From: a bacterium
Lineage (GTDB): Bacteria > Krumholzibacteriota > Krumholzibacteriia > G020349025
Assembly (NCBI GenBank): GCA_031362565.1
Contig: JANLSU010000120.1
Location: forward strand, 64,001 to 128,000
Length of the DNA stretch: 64,000 nucleotides
Direction: 5' to 3'
Positions 28,999 to 38,317 of this stretch are shown piece by piece. The first letter of the stretch is position 1; each line of letters opens with the position of its first letter. The translations under genes and the position numbers were made by a program. The notes below the pieces were generated by a model. The model worked only from the letters and a program-made list of their open reading frames with translations, was not told where the DNA came from and made no database searches.

Positions 28999-29604
28999 TC
29001 AGCGCGGTTGGTCGCGCTCACGGACGAGCCGCAGCTCGAGATGCCGGCGCACGTCGGGCCACTCGCTCGCCAGAATGCTGTAGATCACCGTGTCGCGGAT
29101 CGTGCCGTCACGGCGTGGGTGATGATGGCGAATCACCCCATCTTTTTTGGCGCCTAAGGCCTCGATGGCGCGCTGCGAGGCAAAATTGAAGTTGTCGGTA
29201 CGTAATCCTACGACCCCACACCCCACCGTGTCGAACGCGTGTTCGAGAAGCAACAACTTGCAGGCCGTGTTGACGTAGGAGCGTTGCCAACTCTTGGCGT
29301 ACCACGTGTAGCCAATCTCGACGCGATCGGCGCCGGGCAGGATGTCGTGGTAACGCGTGCTGCCGACAATGGCGCCGCTCGTCAGCTCGCGCACCGCCCA
29401 GGGCAACATGTGGCCGTCCTTTTGACCCGCGAGTGCGTCGGCGATATATTTCGGCGTCTGTTCGGGTTCCGGCACGAAGGTGAACCAGAGTTGCCAGAGC
29501 TTGCCGTCGGCGGCGGCGGCGGCCAGGCCGGCTTGATGTTCGGGCGTCAGGGGCTCCAACCGGACGCGGCGGCCCTCGAGCGCGGTCGGACGAAGTTCGA
29601 TCAC
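28999..29604 (-). CDS. GNAT N-acetyltransferase (RimJ/RimL type)
   Basis: GTG after GGAGG; LEGRRVRLEPL, VEIGYTW, NTACKLLLLEHAF, N.ASQRAIE.LGA..DG. Confidence 0.9.
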   Translation of the reverse strand: MIELRPTALEGRRVRLEPLTPEHQAGLAAAAADGKLWQLWFTFVPEPEQTPKYIADALAGQKDGHMLPWAVRELTSGAIVGSTRYHDILPGADRVEIGYTWYAKSWQRSYVNTACKLLLLEHAFDTVGCGVVGLRTDNFNFASQRAIEALGAKKDGVIRHHHPRRDGTIRDTVIYSILASEWPDVRRHLELRLVRERDQPR

Positions 29605-29784
29605 TTGCTGCCTCCTCTTCCTTCGCCGCCCGCCCATTGGACGACGCGATCCGTGGACTCGAGAGTCTCGACCGGCGAGTCTGCTATCGTACCGAAGCAC
29701 CCAACGCCGGTGAAGCCCTCTTGGGGTTCCTGGGAATACCATTCCGTGTTGGTGCGTACATCCCTGGTGGAGAGGGAGGCGATC

Positions 29785-32700
29785 TTGAGGCGAGCGTTCT
29801 ATATCGGGGTCGCGCTGTTGACTCTCGCGTGCACCCCTGCCCTTGCCGGAACGCGCGATGCGCAATGGGCGCAAGTCCGCGAAGCGATCCGCAAAGGGTT
29901 GCCCAAGTCGGCCATCGCAGCGCTCGACCCCATCATTGCCGGCGCGGTGCGGGACAAGGCCTACCCCGAAGCGATCAAAGCCATCGGGATGCGGAACGCC
30001 CAGCAAGGCAACATCGAGGGCGGCAAGGCGGAAGAGAGAATCGTCCGCCTGCAAGCCGAGATCGGCACCTACCCCAACGAAATGCGGCCGGTACTGGAGG
30101 CGATTCTGGCGCACCAGTACTGGCAGTACTTCCAGCAGAATCGCTGGCGGTTCCAGCAACGCACCCCGGGAACCGAGACCTTGGACTCGGACATGCAGAC
30201 CTGGGATTTGTCGCGCATTCTCGCCGCGGTCGACGCACATTTCACCAAGGCGTTGGCGGACGCGAAGACTCTGAAGTCGACGCCGGTCGCCGCCTACGAT
30301 TCCCTCCTCGTCAAAGGCAACGTGCCGGACGCGTACCGGCCGACGCTGTTCGATTTTCTGGCGCACGAGGCACTGCTCTTCTATGTGGCCGGCGAGCAAG
30401 GCGTGGCCGCGCCCGAGGACGCGTTCGAGTTGGCGGCCGACGGCCCCATTTTTGCGCCGGCCCAGCAGTTCTTGAAATGGCGGCCGGACACCACGGATGA
30501 GAATTCGCCGGCGCTGAAGGCCGTCCGCCTCTACCAGACGCTGCTCGCATTCCACCAAAACGATGACGACCGGAGCGCCTGGCTCGATGTCGACCTCGAG
30601 CGGTTGGTGTTCGGTCACAACAAAGCCGCGGGCGAAGACAAGAACGATCGTTACAAGGCGGCTCTGAAACGCTTCGCGGACGAAAGCGCTTCGCACGTGA
30701 TCGCGGCGCGGGCGTTGGCCCAGTGGGCCCGCATGCTGCACGAAGAAGGCAACGAACTCGAAGCGCATCGCGTCGCGCAACGTGGCTTCGACGCATTTCC
30801 CAAGAGCGCCGGCGGCACGCTGTGTTTCAACCTCCTCCAGGAGATCGAAACGCCGTCGGTTCACATCCAGACCGAACGCGTATGGAACGAGCCTCGTGCG
30901 AACATCGAGGTGACGTACCGCAATGTCACGCAGGTCTTTTTCCGCGCCGTTCCCTACGATTTCCAGTCGTACCTGAAATCCCAACGCTGGTTGTACAATT
31001 ACGATGATGCGTTCCGGCGCGAGCTGTTACGCCGCACGCCCGTGCGGGAGTGGAACGCGCGCCTCCCGGCGGCACTCGATTATCGGTCGCGCACCGAGCA
31101 GCTGCCGGCGCCGGCGGGTCTGAAGCCGGGGTACTACTTCATCGTTGCGAGTCATGATCCATCCTTCGGCGCCAAGGAAAATCGCGTCAGCGTCGCCGCC
31201 GTGTGGGTCAGCGACCTCGCCTTGGTCGTCCGCCAGCGCGGCGTCGACGGGACCGTCGAAGGATTCGTGCTCGATGCAACTAGCGGCGAGCCCCTGCCCG
31301 GCGCGACCGTTCAGGCCTGGGGGCGCGACAGCAAGGGCTGGAGCCAACCGGGTGAACGTGTGTCGACGAACCGCAACGGACTTTTCCGGCTGACCCGCAA
31401 CATGAGCAGTGGACAACTGCTCGTCGCAACGCATGGCACTCAGCAACTCGCCAACAGCAACGATGTCGCCGGGAGCCGGCACGAAATAGAGGCGGCGGGC
31501 GACCGCACCGTCTTCTTCACCGACCGGTCGCTTTACCGCCCCGGGCAGACGATCTACTACAAAGGCATCCGCGTCTATTTCGATCCGTCCAAGAACGACT
31601 ATCGAACCCTGGGGCGCGATCCGGTCACCGTCACCTTCAGCGACCCCAACGGCAAGGAAATCGCCCACGCGACGCACCGCTGCAATGACTACGGTTCGTT
31701 CGACGGCACGTTCACGGCGCCGCGCGGCGGCTTGTTGGGATCCATGCAGATTCAGGGTCCGAACGGCGCGGCGTCGTTCAACGTCGAGGAGTACAAACGC
31801 CCCAAGTTCCAGGTCGAACTCGCGGCTCCGAAGGAAGCGGCCAAACTCACCGCCAAGGTCGTCGTGACCGGCAAAGCCACTGCCTATACCGGCGCGGCCA
31901 TCGGCGGGGCCAAAGTGCAATGGCGCGTCGCACGGCAAGTGCGGTACCCGGCCTGGTGTTGGTGGGGTGGCTGGGGTGGGCGAGGCCAACAGGCCCAAGC
32001 CATCGCCCATGGCTCGGCCGTCACTTCGGACGACGGAACGTTCAAGGTCGAGTTCGTCGCGGCCCCGGATCGCTCCATCCCCGAGAAGAACGAACCAACT
32101 TTCGTATACGAAATCCACGCTGATGTAACGGACACGAACGGCGAAACGCGCAGCGATGAACAGAGCGTGCGCGCCGGCTACACGGCGCTGCAGGCGTCAC
32201 TCACCGCAGCGGACTGGCAGACTCCGGCGAAGCCCGTCGAGTTGACGGTCGGGACGACATCGCTGGACGGCGAGCCACAGGCGGTGCAGGGCACGCTGAA
32301 AATCTACCGGCTCGTGCAACCCGCGAAGGTGGCGCGCGCCGCGGTTTCCGGGCGCGCCCGCGACCGGTATTCGGAACTCTTCGGCGAAACCGCCGAACCG
32401 CAACCGGACCCTGCGGACCCGAACTCATGGGCCGCCGGTGACGTTGTAGGCGACAAGGTTTTTCAAACGGACGACAAGGGCGTTGCGAAGGTCGCCGTCC
32501 GCCTGCCGGCGGGCGCGTACCGCGCGATGTTGGAAACGAGCGACCGGTTCGGCAAGCGGGTCCAGGCGCGGCTGCTGATTCAGGTCGTCAACCCCAAAGT
32601 CAAACACCTGCGCACCAAAGTTGCAAACGTGTTCACGGCAATGGAATGGACCGTAGAACCCGGCGAACGCTTCGCGGCGCTTTGGGGCACCGGCTATGAC

Positions 32701-35700
32701 AAGGGGCGGGCTTTCGTCGAGATCGAGCATCGTGGCAAGCAGTTGCGCGGCTATTGGACGCCGGCCGACCAGACTCAGGAACTCGTCGATCAGATCGTCA
32801 ACGAAGACATGCGCGGCGGCTTCACCATACGCGTCACTTTCGTGCACGACAACCGCGCCTATGTCAACGAGCGCATCGTCGATGTGCCGTGGTCCAACAA
32901 GGAACTCACGGTACGCTGGGAGCACTTCCGTTCCAAGCTCGATCCCGGCAAGAAAGAAACCTGGACCGCCACGGTTACGACACCCAACGACAAGAAGGCT
33001 GCCGCCGAGATGGTGGCAACGCTGTACGACGCGTCGCTGGATCAGTTCGTGGGGCACGAGTGGATGGATGGCTTCGGCGTCTTCCGCCACGAGATCCAGA
33101 ACGCCGGCACCACGTTCGCCAACTCGCGGCTCGAGTTCCAATTCATTCTGGGCGACTGGTCGCGCGCTTATCGCGAGGCCGAGCTGCGCTACCGGTCTTT
33201 CGGGTCCGACGTTGTTGAGGGCGCTTTTCCGAACCAGGTGCGCTTGGAGAAGGGCCCCTCTGCGGCCTCTGCGTGGAGGATCCAGGGCGCAGATCTGAAC
33301 CTTCCCCCCTCCTTGCCGCAGCCCGCCACGCCCATGCCTGTGACAATGCCGGGAGTGCTGTCGGAGGCCTTCGAGGTCGCCCTTCCCAAGGTCAGCCAAG
33401 CCCGCGGCCCCGACCTCAGCAAGGTCCAAGCGCGCAAGAATCTCGACGAGACGGCGTTCTTCTTCCCGCATCTGCTCGCCGACAAGAACGGCACCGTCAA
33501 ACTGGAATTCACGATGCCGGAAGCGCTGACCGAGTGGAAGTTCCTGGGCTTCGCCCATGACAGCGATCTGCGGAGTGGCCTCTTGACCGACCGGGCCGTG
33601 ACCGCCAAGGACCTCATGGTGGAACCGAATCCGCCGCGCTTCGTGCGCGAAGGCGACCAGATCGAGTTCACGGTCAAGGTCAGCAACCAGACAGCCGCCC
33701 GCCAAACCGGCCGCGTCCAGTTGATGTTTGCCAATGCGCGCAGCCTCGAATCGATGGACCGGGCGCTCGGCAACACCAAGACGGAGGTCGATTTCGACGT
33801 GCCCGGGAAGCAGTCACGTACCTACGCGTGGCGCCTCACCGTGCCGGATGGTTGTGAGTTCCTCACCTACAAGGCGGTCGGCGGAACCGCCACCTTGAGC
33901 GACGGCGAAGAGGGTTTCCTACCGGTTCTGAGCCGGCGCATCCTCGTCATCGAGTCGCTGCCGTTGCCGATCCGCGGCGCGCAAACGAAGCAATTCGAGT
34001 TCACCAAGCTGCTCGACGCCGGCAAGTCCGCCTCACTCCGCCACCAGTCGCTCACCGTGCAGATGGTTTCGCAGCCGGCGTGGTATGCGGTCATGGCACT
34101 GCCCTACTTGATGGAGTATCCGTACGAGTGCAGCGAGCAGACCTTCAATCGCCTGTATGCCAACGTCTTGGCGCGCCATATCGCCGCTTCCGATCCCAAG
34201 ATCCGGCGGGTCTTCGACCTGTGGAAGGGCACCCCGGCGCTCGACAGTCCCCTGCAGAAGAACCAAGATCTCAAGGCCGTGATGCTCGAGGAGACGCCAT
34301 GGCTGCAACAAGCGCAAGCCGAAGGCGAAGCCCGCCGCAACGTCGGCCTCTTGTTCGATTCCAACCGGCTCAACGACGAGACTGAACGGGCGCTGCAAAA
34401 GCTCTCGGACATGCAGTCGAGTGACGGCCTGTGGCCGTGGTTCCCGGGTGGGTCTTCGGACTACTACATCACGCTGTACATCACGACCGGTTTCGGCCGC
34501 TTGCGCCACCTGGGTGCCAAGGTGGACCTGGCGCCGGCCGTGAAATCGCTGCCGGCGCTCGACGGCTGGATGAACACGCGGTACCGCGACATTCTGGCGC
34601 ATGGCCACGAAGCCGATAACCATCTCGACTACACGATGGCGCTCTATCTCTACGGCCGCGGTTTCTTTTTGGCGGACCAGCCGGTGGCCGACACGTACCG
34701 CGCCGCGCTCGACTACTGGCGCGGCCAAGCACGCAAGTATTGGCTCGATCTCGGCTGCCGGCAGTCCCAGGCGCACATCGCCCTTGGCCTGCTGCGCTTC
34801 GGCGACAAGGAAACACCGCGAGCCATCATGCAATCGATCAAGGAACACAGCCTGACGAGTCCGGAACTCGGCATGTACTGGCGCGACCTGGAGCGCAGTT
34901 GGTGGTGGTATCGCGCCCCGATCGAGACCCAAGCGATGATGATCGAGGCCTTCGCCGAAGTCACTCAGGACGCTGCCGCCGTTGAAGACTGCAAGGTCTG
35001 GCTGTTGAAGCAGAAACAAACCCAGGACTGGAAAACGACCAAAGCGACGGCCGACGCGATCTACGGGCTCCTGCTGCAAGGCACGAACTTGCTTTCGAGC
35101 GATGCATTGGTGGAGGTTGCACTCGCCGGCAAGACGCTCCAGCCCGAGAGGATCGAGGCGGGCACCGGCTTCTACGAACAGCGTTTCACGCGCGGCGAGA
35201 TCCAGCCGGCCATGGGCCGCATCACGGTCAAGAAGACGGACGCCGGGGTGAGCTGGGGCAGCGTGCATTGGCAGTACTTGGAGGACATGGCGAAGGTGAC
35301 GCCCTACGAGGGGACGCCGCTCAAGCTCAAAAAGACGCTCTTCACCAAGGTGACGACGAAAAAAGGCCAGGTCCTGCAGCCGGTGACCGGCACGCTCGGT
35401 GTCGGGGATGAACTCGTCGTGCGCATCGAACTTCGCACCGATCGCGACATGGAATATGTCCATCTGACAGACCAACGCGGTAGCGGCACGGAGCCGGTGA
35501 GTGTGCAGAGCCGATACAAGTTTCAGGATGGCCTGGGGTACTACGAGAGCACGCGGGACACCGCCAGCCATTTCTTCATCAGCTACCTGCCGAAGGGCGT
35601 CTACGTCTTCGAGTACAGCACCCGCATTCAGAGCCGCGGTGCCTACCAGACGGGCATCGCCTCGATTCAGTCCATGTATGCGCCGGAGTTCAACAGCCAC

Positions 35701-35730
35701 TCCGAGAGCTTCGTCTTGGAAGTGAAGTGA
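29785..35730 (+). CDS. Bacterial alpha-2-macroglobulin
   Basis: TTG after GGGAGG with signal peptide; FTDRSLYRPGQ, VEEYKRP, ETAFFFP, PRFVREGD, thioester YPYECSEQ, SMYAPEF. Confidence 0.92.
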   Translation: MRRAFYIGVALLTLACTPALAGTRDAQWAQVREAIRKGLPKSAIAALDPIIAGAVRDKAYPEAIKAIGMRNAQQGNIEGGKAEERIVRLQAEIGTYPNEMRPVLEAILAHQYWQYFQQNRWRFQQRTPGTETLDSDMQTWDLSRILAAVDAHFTKALADAKTLKSTPVAAYDSLLVKGNVPDAYRPTLFDFLAHEALLFYVAGEQGVAAPEDAFELAADGPIFAPAQQFLKWRPDTTDENSPALKAVRLYQTLLAFHQNDDDRSAWLDVDLERLVFGHNKAAGEDKNDRYKAALKRFADESASHVIAARALAQWARMLHEEGNELEAHRVAQRGFDAFPKSAGGTLCFNLLQEIETPSVHIQTERVWNEPRANIEVTYRNVTQVFFRAVPYDFQSYLKSQRWLYNYDDAFRRELLRRTPVREWNARLPAALDYRSRTEQLPAPAGLKPGYYFIVASHDPSFGAKENRVSVAAVWVSDLALVVRQRGVDGTVEGFVLDATSGEPLPGATVQAWGRDSKGWSQPGERVSTNRNGLFRLTRNMSSGQLLVATHGTQQLANSNDVAGSRHEIEAAGDRTVFFTDRSLYRPGQTIYYKGIRVYFDPSKNDYRTLGRDPVTVTFSDPNGKEIAHATHRCNDYGSFDGTFTAPRGGLLGSMQIQGPNGAASFNVEEYKRPKFQVELAAPKEAAKLTAKVVVTGKATAYTGAAIGGAKVQWRVARQVRYPAWCWWGGWGGRGQQAQAIAHGSAVTSDDGTFKVEFVAAPDRSIPEKNEPTFVYEIHADVTDTNGETRSDEQSVRAGYTALQASLTAADWQTPAKPVELTVGTTSLDGEPQAVQGTLKIYRLVQPAKVARAAVSGRARDRYSELFGETAEPQPDPADPNSWAAGDVVGDKVFQTDDKGVAKVAVRLPAGAYRAMLETSDRFGKRVQARLLIQVVNPKVKHLRTKVANVFTAMEWTVEPGERFAALWGTGYDKGRAFVEIEHRGKQLRGYWTPADQTQELVDQIVNEDMRGGFTIRVTFVHDNRAYVNERIVDVPWSNKELTVRWEHFRSKLDPGKKETWTATVTTPNDKKAAAEMVATLYDASLDQFVGHEWMDGFGVFRHEIQNAGTTFANSRLEFQFILGDWSRAYREAELRYRSFGSDVVEGAFPNQVRLEKGPSAASAWRIQGADLNLPPSLPQPATPMPVTMPGVLSEAFEVALPKVSQARGPDLSKVQARKNLDETAFFFPHLLADKNGTVKLEFTMPEALTEWKFLGFAHDSDLRSGLLTDRAVTAKDLMVEPNPPRFVREGDQIEFTVKVSNQTAARQTGRVQLMFANARSLESMDRALGNTKTEVDFDVPGKQSRTYAWRLTVPDGCEFLTYKAVGGTATLSDGEEGFLPVLSRRILVIESLPLPIRGAQTKQFEFTKLLDAGKSASLRHQSLTVQMVSQPAWYAVMALPYLMEYPYECSEQTFNRLYANVLARHIAASDPKIRRVFDLWKGTPALDSPLQKNQDLKAVMLEETPWLQQAQAEGEARRNVGLLFDSNRLNDETERALQKLSDMQSSDGLWPWFPGGSSDYYITLYITTGFGRLRHLGAKVDLAPAVKSLPALDGWMNTRYRDILAHGHEADNHLDYTMALYLYGRGFFLADQPVADTYRAALDYWRGQARKYWLDLGCRQSQAHIALGLLRFGDKETPRAIMQSIKEHSLTSPELGMYWRDLERSWWWYRAPIETQAMMIEAFAEVTQDAAAVEDCKVWLLKQKQTQDWKTTKATADAIYGLLLQGTNLLSSDALVEVALAGKTLQPERIEAGTGFYEQRFTRGEIQPAMGRITVKKTDAGVSWGSVHWQYLEDMAKVTPYEGTPLKLKKTLFTKVTTKKGQVLQPVTGTLGVGDELVVRIELRTDRDMEYVHLTDQRGSGTEPVSVQSRYKFQDGLGYYESTRDTASHFFISYLPKGVYVFEYSTRIQSRGAYQTGIASIQSMYAPEFNSHSESFVLEVK

Positions 35731-35732
35731 GC

Positions 35733-36074
35733 ATGTCCCAAGCGGACGATCTGGCGTCGAGAGAGTGTGTGCCATGCCGCGGCGGGACGCCGCCAGTTGC
35801 GGCCGCGGAGCGCGATCGGCTGCACGCCCGACTCGATCCCGGTTGGAGCATCTTGGACGGCCGCCGCCTCGCCCGTGAGTTTCGATTTCCCGACTTCGCC
35901 GCCGCGCTCGCGTTCACGAACCGGGTGGGCGAAATCGCGGCGACCCAGAACCATCATCCCGACATCGCGCTCGCCTGGGGGCGCGCCGGCGTCACGATCT
36001 GGACGCACGTGATCGACGGCCTTACCGAAAACGACTTCATCCTCGCCGCCAAGATCGACCGCCTGCCCGAATGA
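35733..36074 (+). CDS. phhB: Pterin-4a-carbinolamine dehydratase
   Basis: CVPC..G, HHPDI, WTH.IDGLTENDFILAAKID. Confidence 0.9.
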   Translation: MSQADDLASRECVPCRGGTPPVAAAERDRLHARLDPGWSILDGRRLAREFRFPDFAAALAFTNRVGEIAATQNHHPDIALAWGRAGVTIWTHVIDGLTENDFILAAKIDRLPE

Positions 36075-36185
36075 GCCGTGGCTTCGCAACTCGCCGTTCC
36101 GTCGGGTATAATCGATGCCGTCCCCAGAACTGCACACATGGCACGACAAACAACTCACGGGTCGACTTCACGTGCGGGTGCCCGG

Positions 36186-38147
36186 ATGAACAAGTTTCGC
36201 GTCGCCCTCAGGGCAGGCTGCCTCACGGTCGCGGTGGCCGTCCAGGCCCAGGCGCTGCCGACGAACCTCTTGGACTTCAAGCTCCCGGGTTCGCAGCCGG
36301 GCCAGTCCGGCACCGTCGAGGCACCGAGTCAATGTGTCGCCTGTCACGGCGGCTATGCCCCCAGCGTCGAACCCGATTTCACCTGGCGCGGCAGCATGAT
36401 GGCGCATGCGGCGCGCGATCCGCTCTTCCATGCGGCGCTCACGATCGCCAACCAAGACGCGCCGCAAAGCGGCGATGCGTGCATCCGCTGCCACTCGCCA
36501 TCCGGATGGCTCGAGGGGCGTTCGACCCCGACCAACGGCGCAGCGCTCACGGCCGACGACCGCCAGAGTGTTCAGTGCGCTTTCTGCCACGGACTCGTCA
36601 AGCCGGCGCCGATCGGCGTCAACCCGTATCCAGGTGACGCGACCTACACGAGTGGGACGTACTCGCAGGATCAGAGCTACCTCGCAACCCTGGCGCAGAT
36701 CCCACCGGCGTCCTCGAGCGGCATGTACGTCGTCGACTCGGGTGACGTGCGACGCGGGCCGCGCAGCGGCGTCACGTCGCCACACCCGACGGCCTATTCG
36801 CCGTTCCACGCCGAAGCGGCGCTTTGCGCCACGTGCCACGACGTCAGCAACCCGCTCTTCTCACGCGACTCGACCGGCGCCTACGTCTTGAATGCCTTCG
36901 GCCAGCCGGCGCCCAGCGCCAACCCCCTCGATCTCTTCCCCGTCGAGCGTACCTACAGCGAGTGGAAGATGAGCGCCTACAACTCGCCGGGTGGCGTCTA
37001 TGCGCCGCAGTTCGGCGGCAACCGGACCAACGTGTCGACTTGCCAGGATTGCCACATGCGGGCGGTGACCGGCAAGGCATGCAACCGGGTGAATGCGCCG
37101 GTGCGTGACGACCTCGCGCTGCACGACCTGACCGGCGGCAACACCTTTGCACCGAAACTCGTGGCGGCTCTCTACCCGGCCGAGGTCGACACCGCGCAGT
37201 TGAACGACGGCGTGCGGCGGGCCCGCTACATGCTGCAACACGCGGCATCGCTCGACTTGCAGGTATCGCCGCTGTGGACCGGCTGGCGGGCGCGCGTGCG
37301 AGTCACCAACGAGACCGGCCACAAACTGCCGTCGGGCTACGTCGAGGGCCGGCGCATGTGGGTTCGTTTGCAGGCCTGGGATGCGAGCGATTCGCTGGTG
37401 TACGAATCCGGCGCCTACGACACGACCGCTGCGGCGCTCGTGCCGGACCCCAATGCTAAAATCTATGAGTGCGATCTCGGCATCTCTGCCGAGCTCGCAC
37501 CGGTCGTCGGACTGCCGGCCGGTCCGTCGTTCCACTTCATCCTCAATGATCAGATCTACAAGGACAACCGCATTCCGCCGCGCGGCTTCACGAATGCCGG
37601 ATTTGCGTCAGTGCAAGCCCAGCCGGTGGGTGCCACGTACGCCGATGGCCAATACTGGGACGACACCGACTTCACGCTGCCGCCGACCGCCCGGCGCGTC
37701 ACTGCGACGCTTTTCTACCAAACTGCGAGCCGCGAGTACGTCGAGTTCCTGCGCGACGCGAACGTCACCGACACGCGCGGGCAGATCGTGCACGACCTGT
37801 GGCAGGCAAACGGCAAGTCGGCACCGGAGGTCATGGCCGCGGCGTCAGACACGCTGCAGCCCACGACGGATGTGGGCCCCGGCAGTGGCGAAGAGCGATT
37901 GGCGCTTGCCACGGCAACGCGACACGATGCGGTTCGATGCGCGATCTTCTTACCGCACCCAGGTCCGGTACAAGTCGTGGTCTACGACGTGCGGTCGCGC
38001 CGCGTCGCGACACTTGCCGACGGTGCGTTCACCGCCGGCCACCACACCCTCGACTGGCCGACCGGCGCCGCTCCAAGCGGCATCTACTTCGTGCACGTCC
38101 AGTCGCCGGACGGTGCGCTGACGCAAAAGGTGATCCTGCTGCACTGA
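36186..38147 (+). CDS. Secreted penta-heme c-type cytochrome with C-terminal FlgD-Ig/T9SS-CTD-like domain
   Basis: Signal peptide; CVACH, CIRCH, CAFCH, CATCH, CQDCH; TGHKLPSG; tail VYDV..RRVATL..SGIYFV..KVILLH. Confidence 0.85.
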   Translation: MNKFRVALRAGCLTVAVAVQAQALPTNLLDFKLPGSQPGQSGTVEAPSQCVACHGGYAPSVEPDFTWRGSMMAHAARDPLFHAALTIANQDAPQSGDACIRCHSPSGWLEGRSTPTNGAALTADDRQSVQCAFCHGLVKPAPIGVNPYPGDATYTSGTYSQDQSYLATLAQIPPASSSGMYVVDSGDVRRGPRSGVTSPHPTAYSPFHAEAALCATCHDVSNPLFSRDSTGAYVLNAFGQPAPSANPLDLFPVERTYSEWKMSAYNSPGGVYAPQFGGNRTNVSTCQDCHMRAVTGKACNRVNAPVRDDLALHDLTGGNTFAPKLVAALYPAEVDTAQLNDGVRRARYMLQHAASLDLQVSPLWTGWRARVRVTNETGHKLPSGYVEGRRMWVRLQAWDASDSLVYESGAYDTTAAALVPDPNAKIYECDLGISAELAPVVGLPAGPSFHFILNDQIYKDNRIPPRGFTNAGFASVQAQPVGATYADGQYWDDTDFTLPPTARRVTATLFYQTASREYVEFLRDANVTDTRGQIVHDLWQANGKSAPEVMAAASDTLQPTTDVGPGSGEERLALATATRHDAVRCAIFLPHPGPVQVVVYDVRSRRVATLADGAFTAGHHTLDWPTGAAPSGIYFVHVQSPDGALTQKVILLH

Positions 38148-38317
38148 GTCGATGCGACGGCGGGCGGTTTCGGCGTGCGGCACGCGATCCCCCATCGGCA
38201 GTTTGTCATCATTCCTTGTATGCCGGCGGGCACAGCTCGACATCAGCATCATCCCGGTGTCGGTCGAGGCCGCCACATGGACCGGCGTCAAGACTCGGTT
38301 CGGCCACTGAGACAGCT

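Noticed and set aside
29239..30984. N-terminal extensions of the A2M and GNAT ORFs in the track
   Set aside because: The extensions overlap each other antisense; RBS-supported starts are at 29785 and 29604
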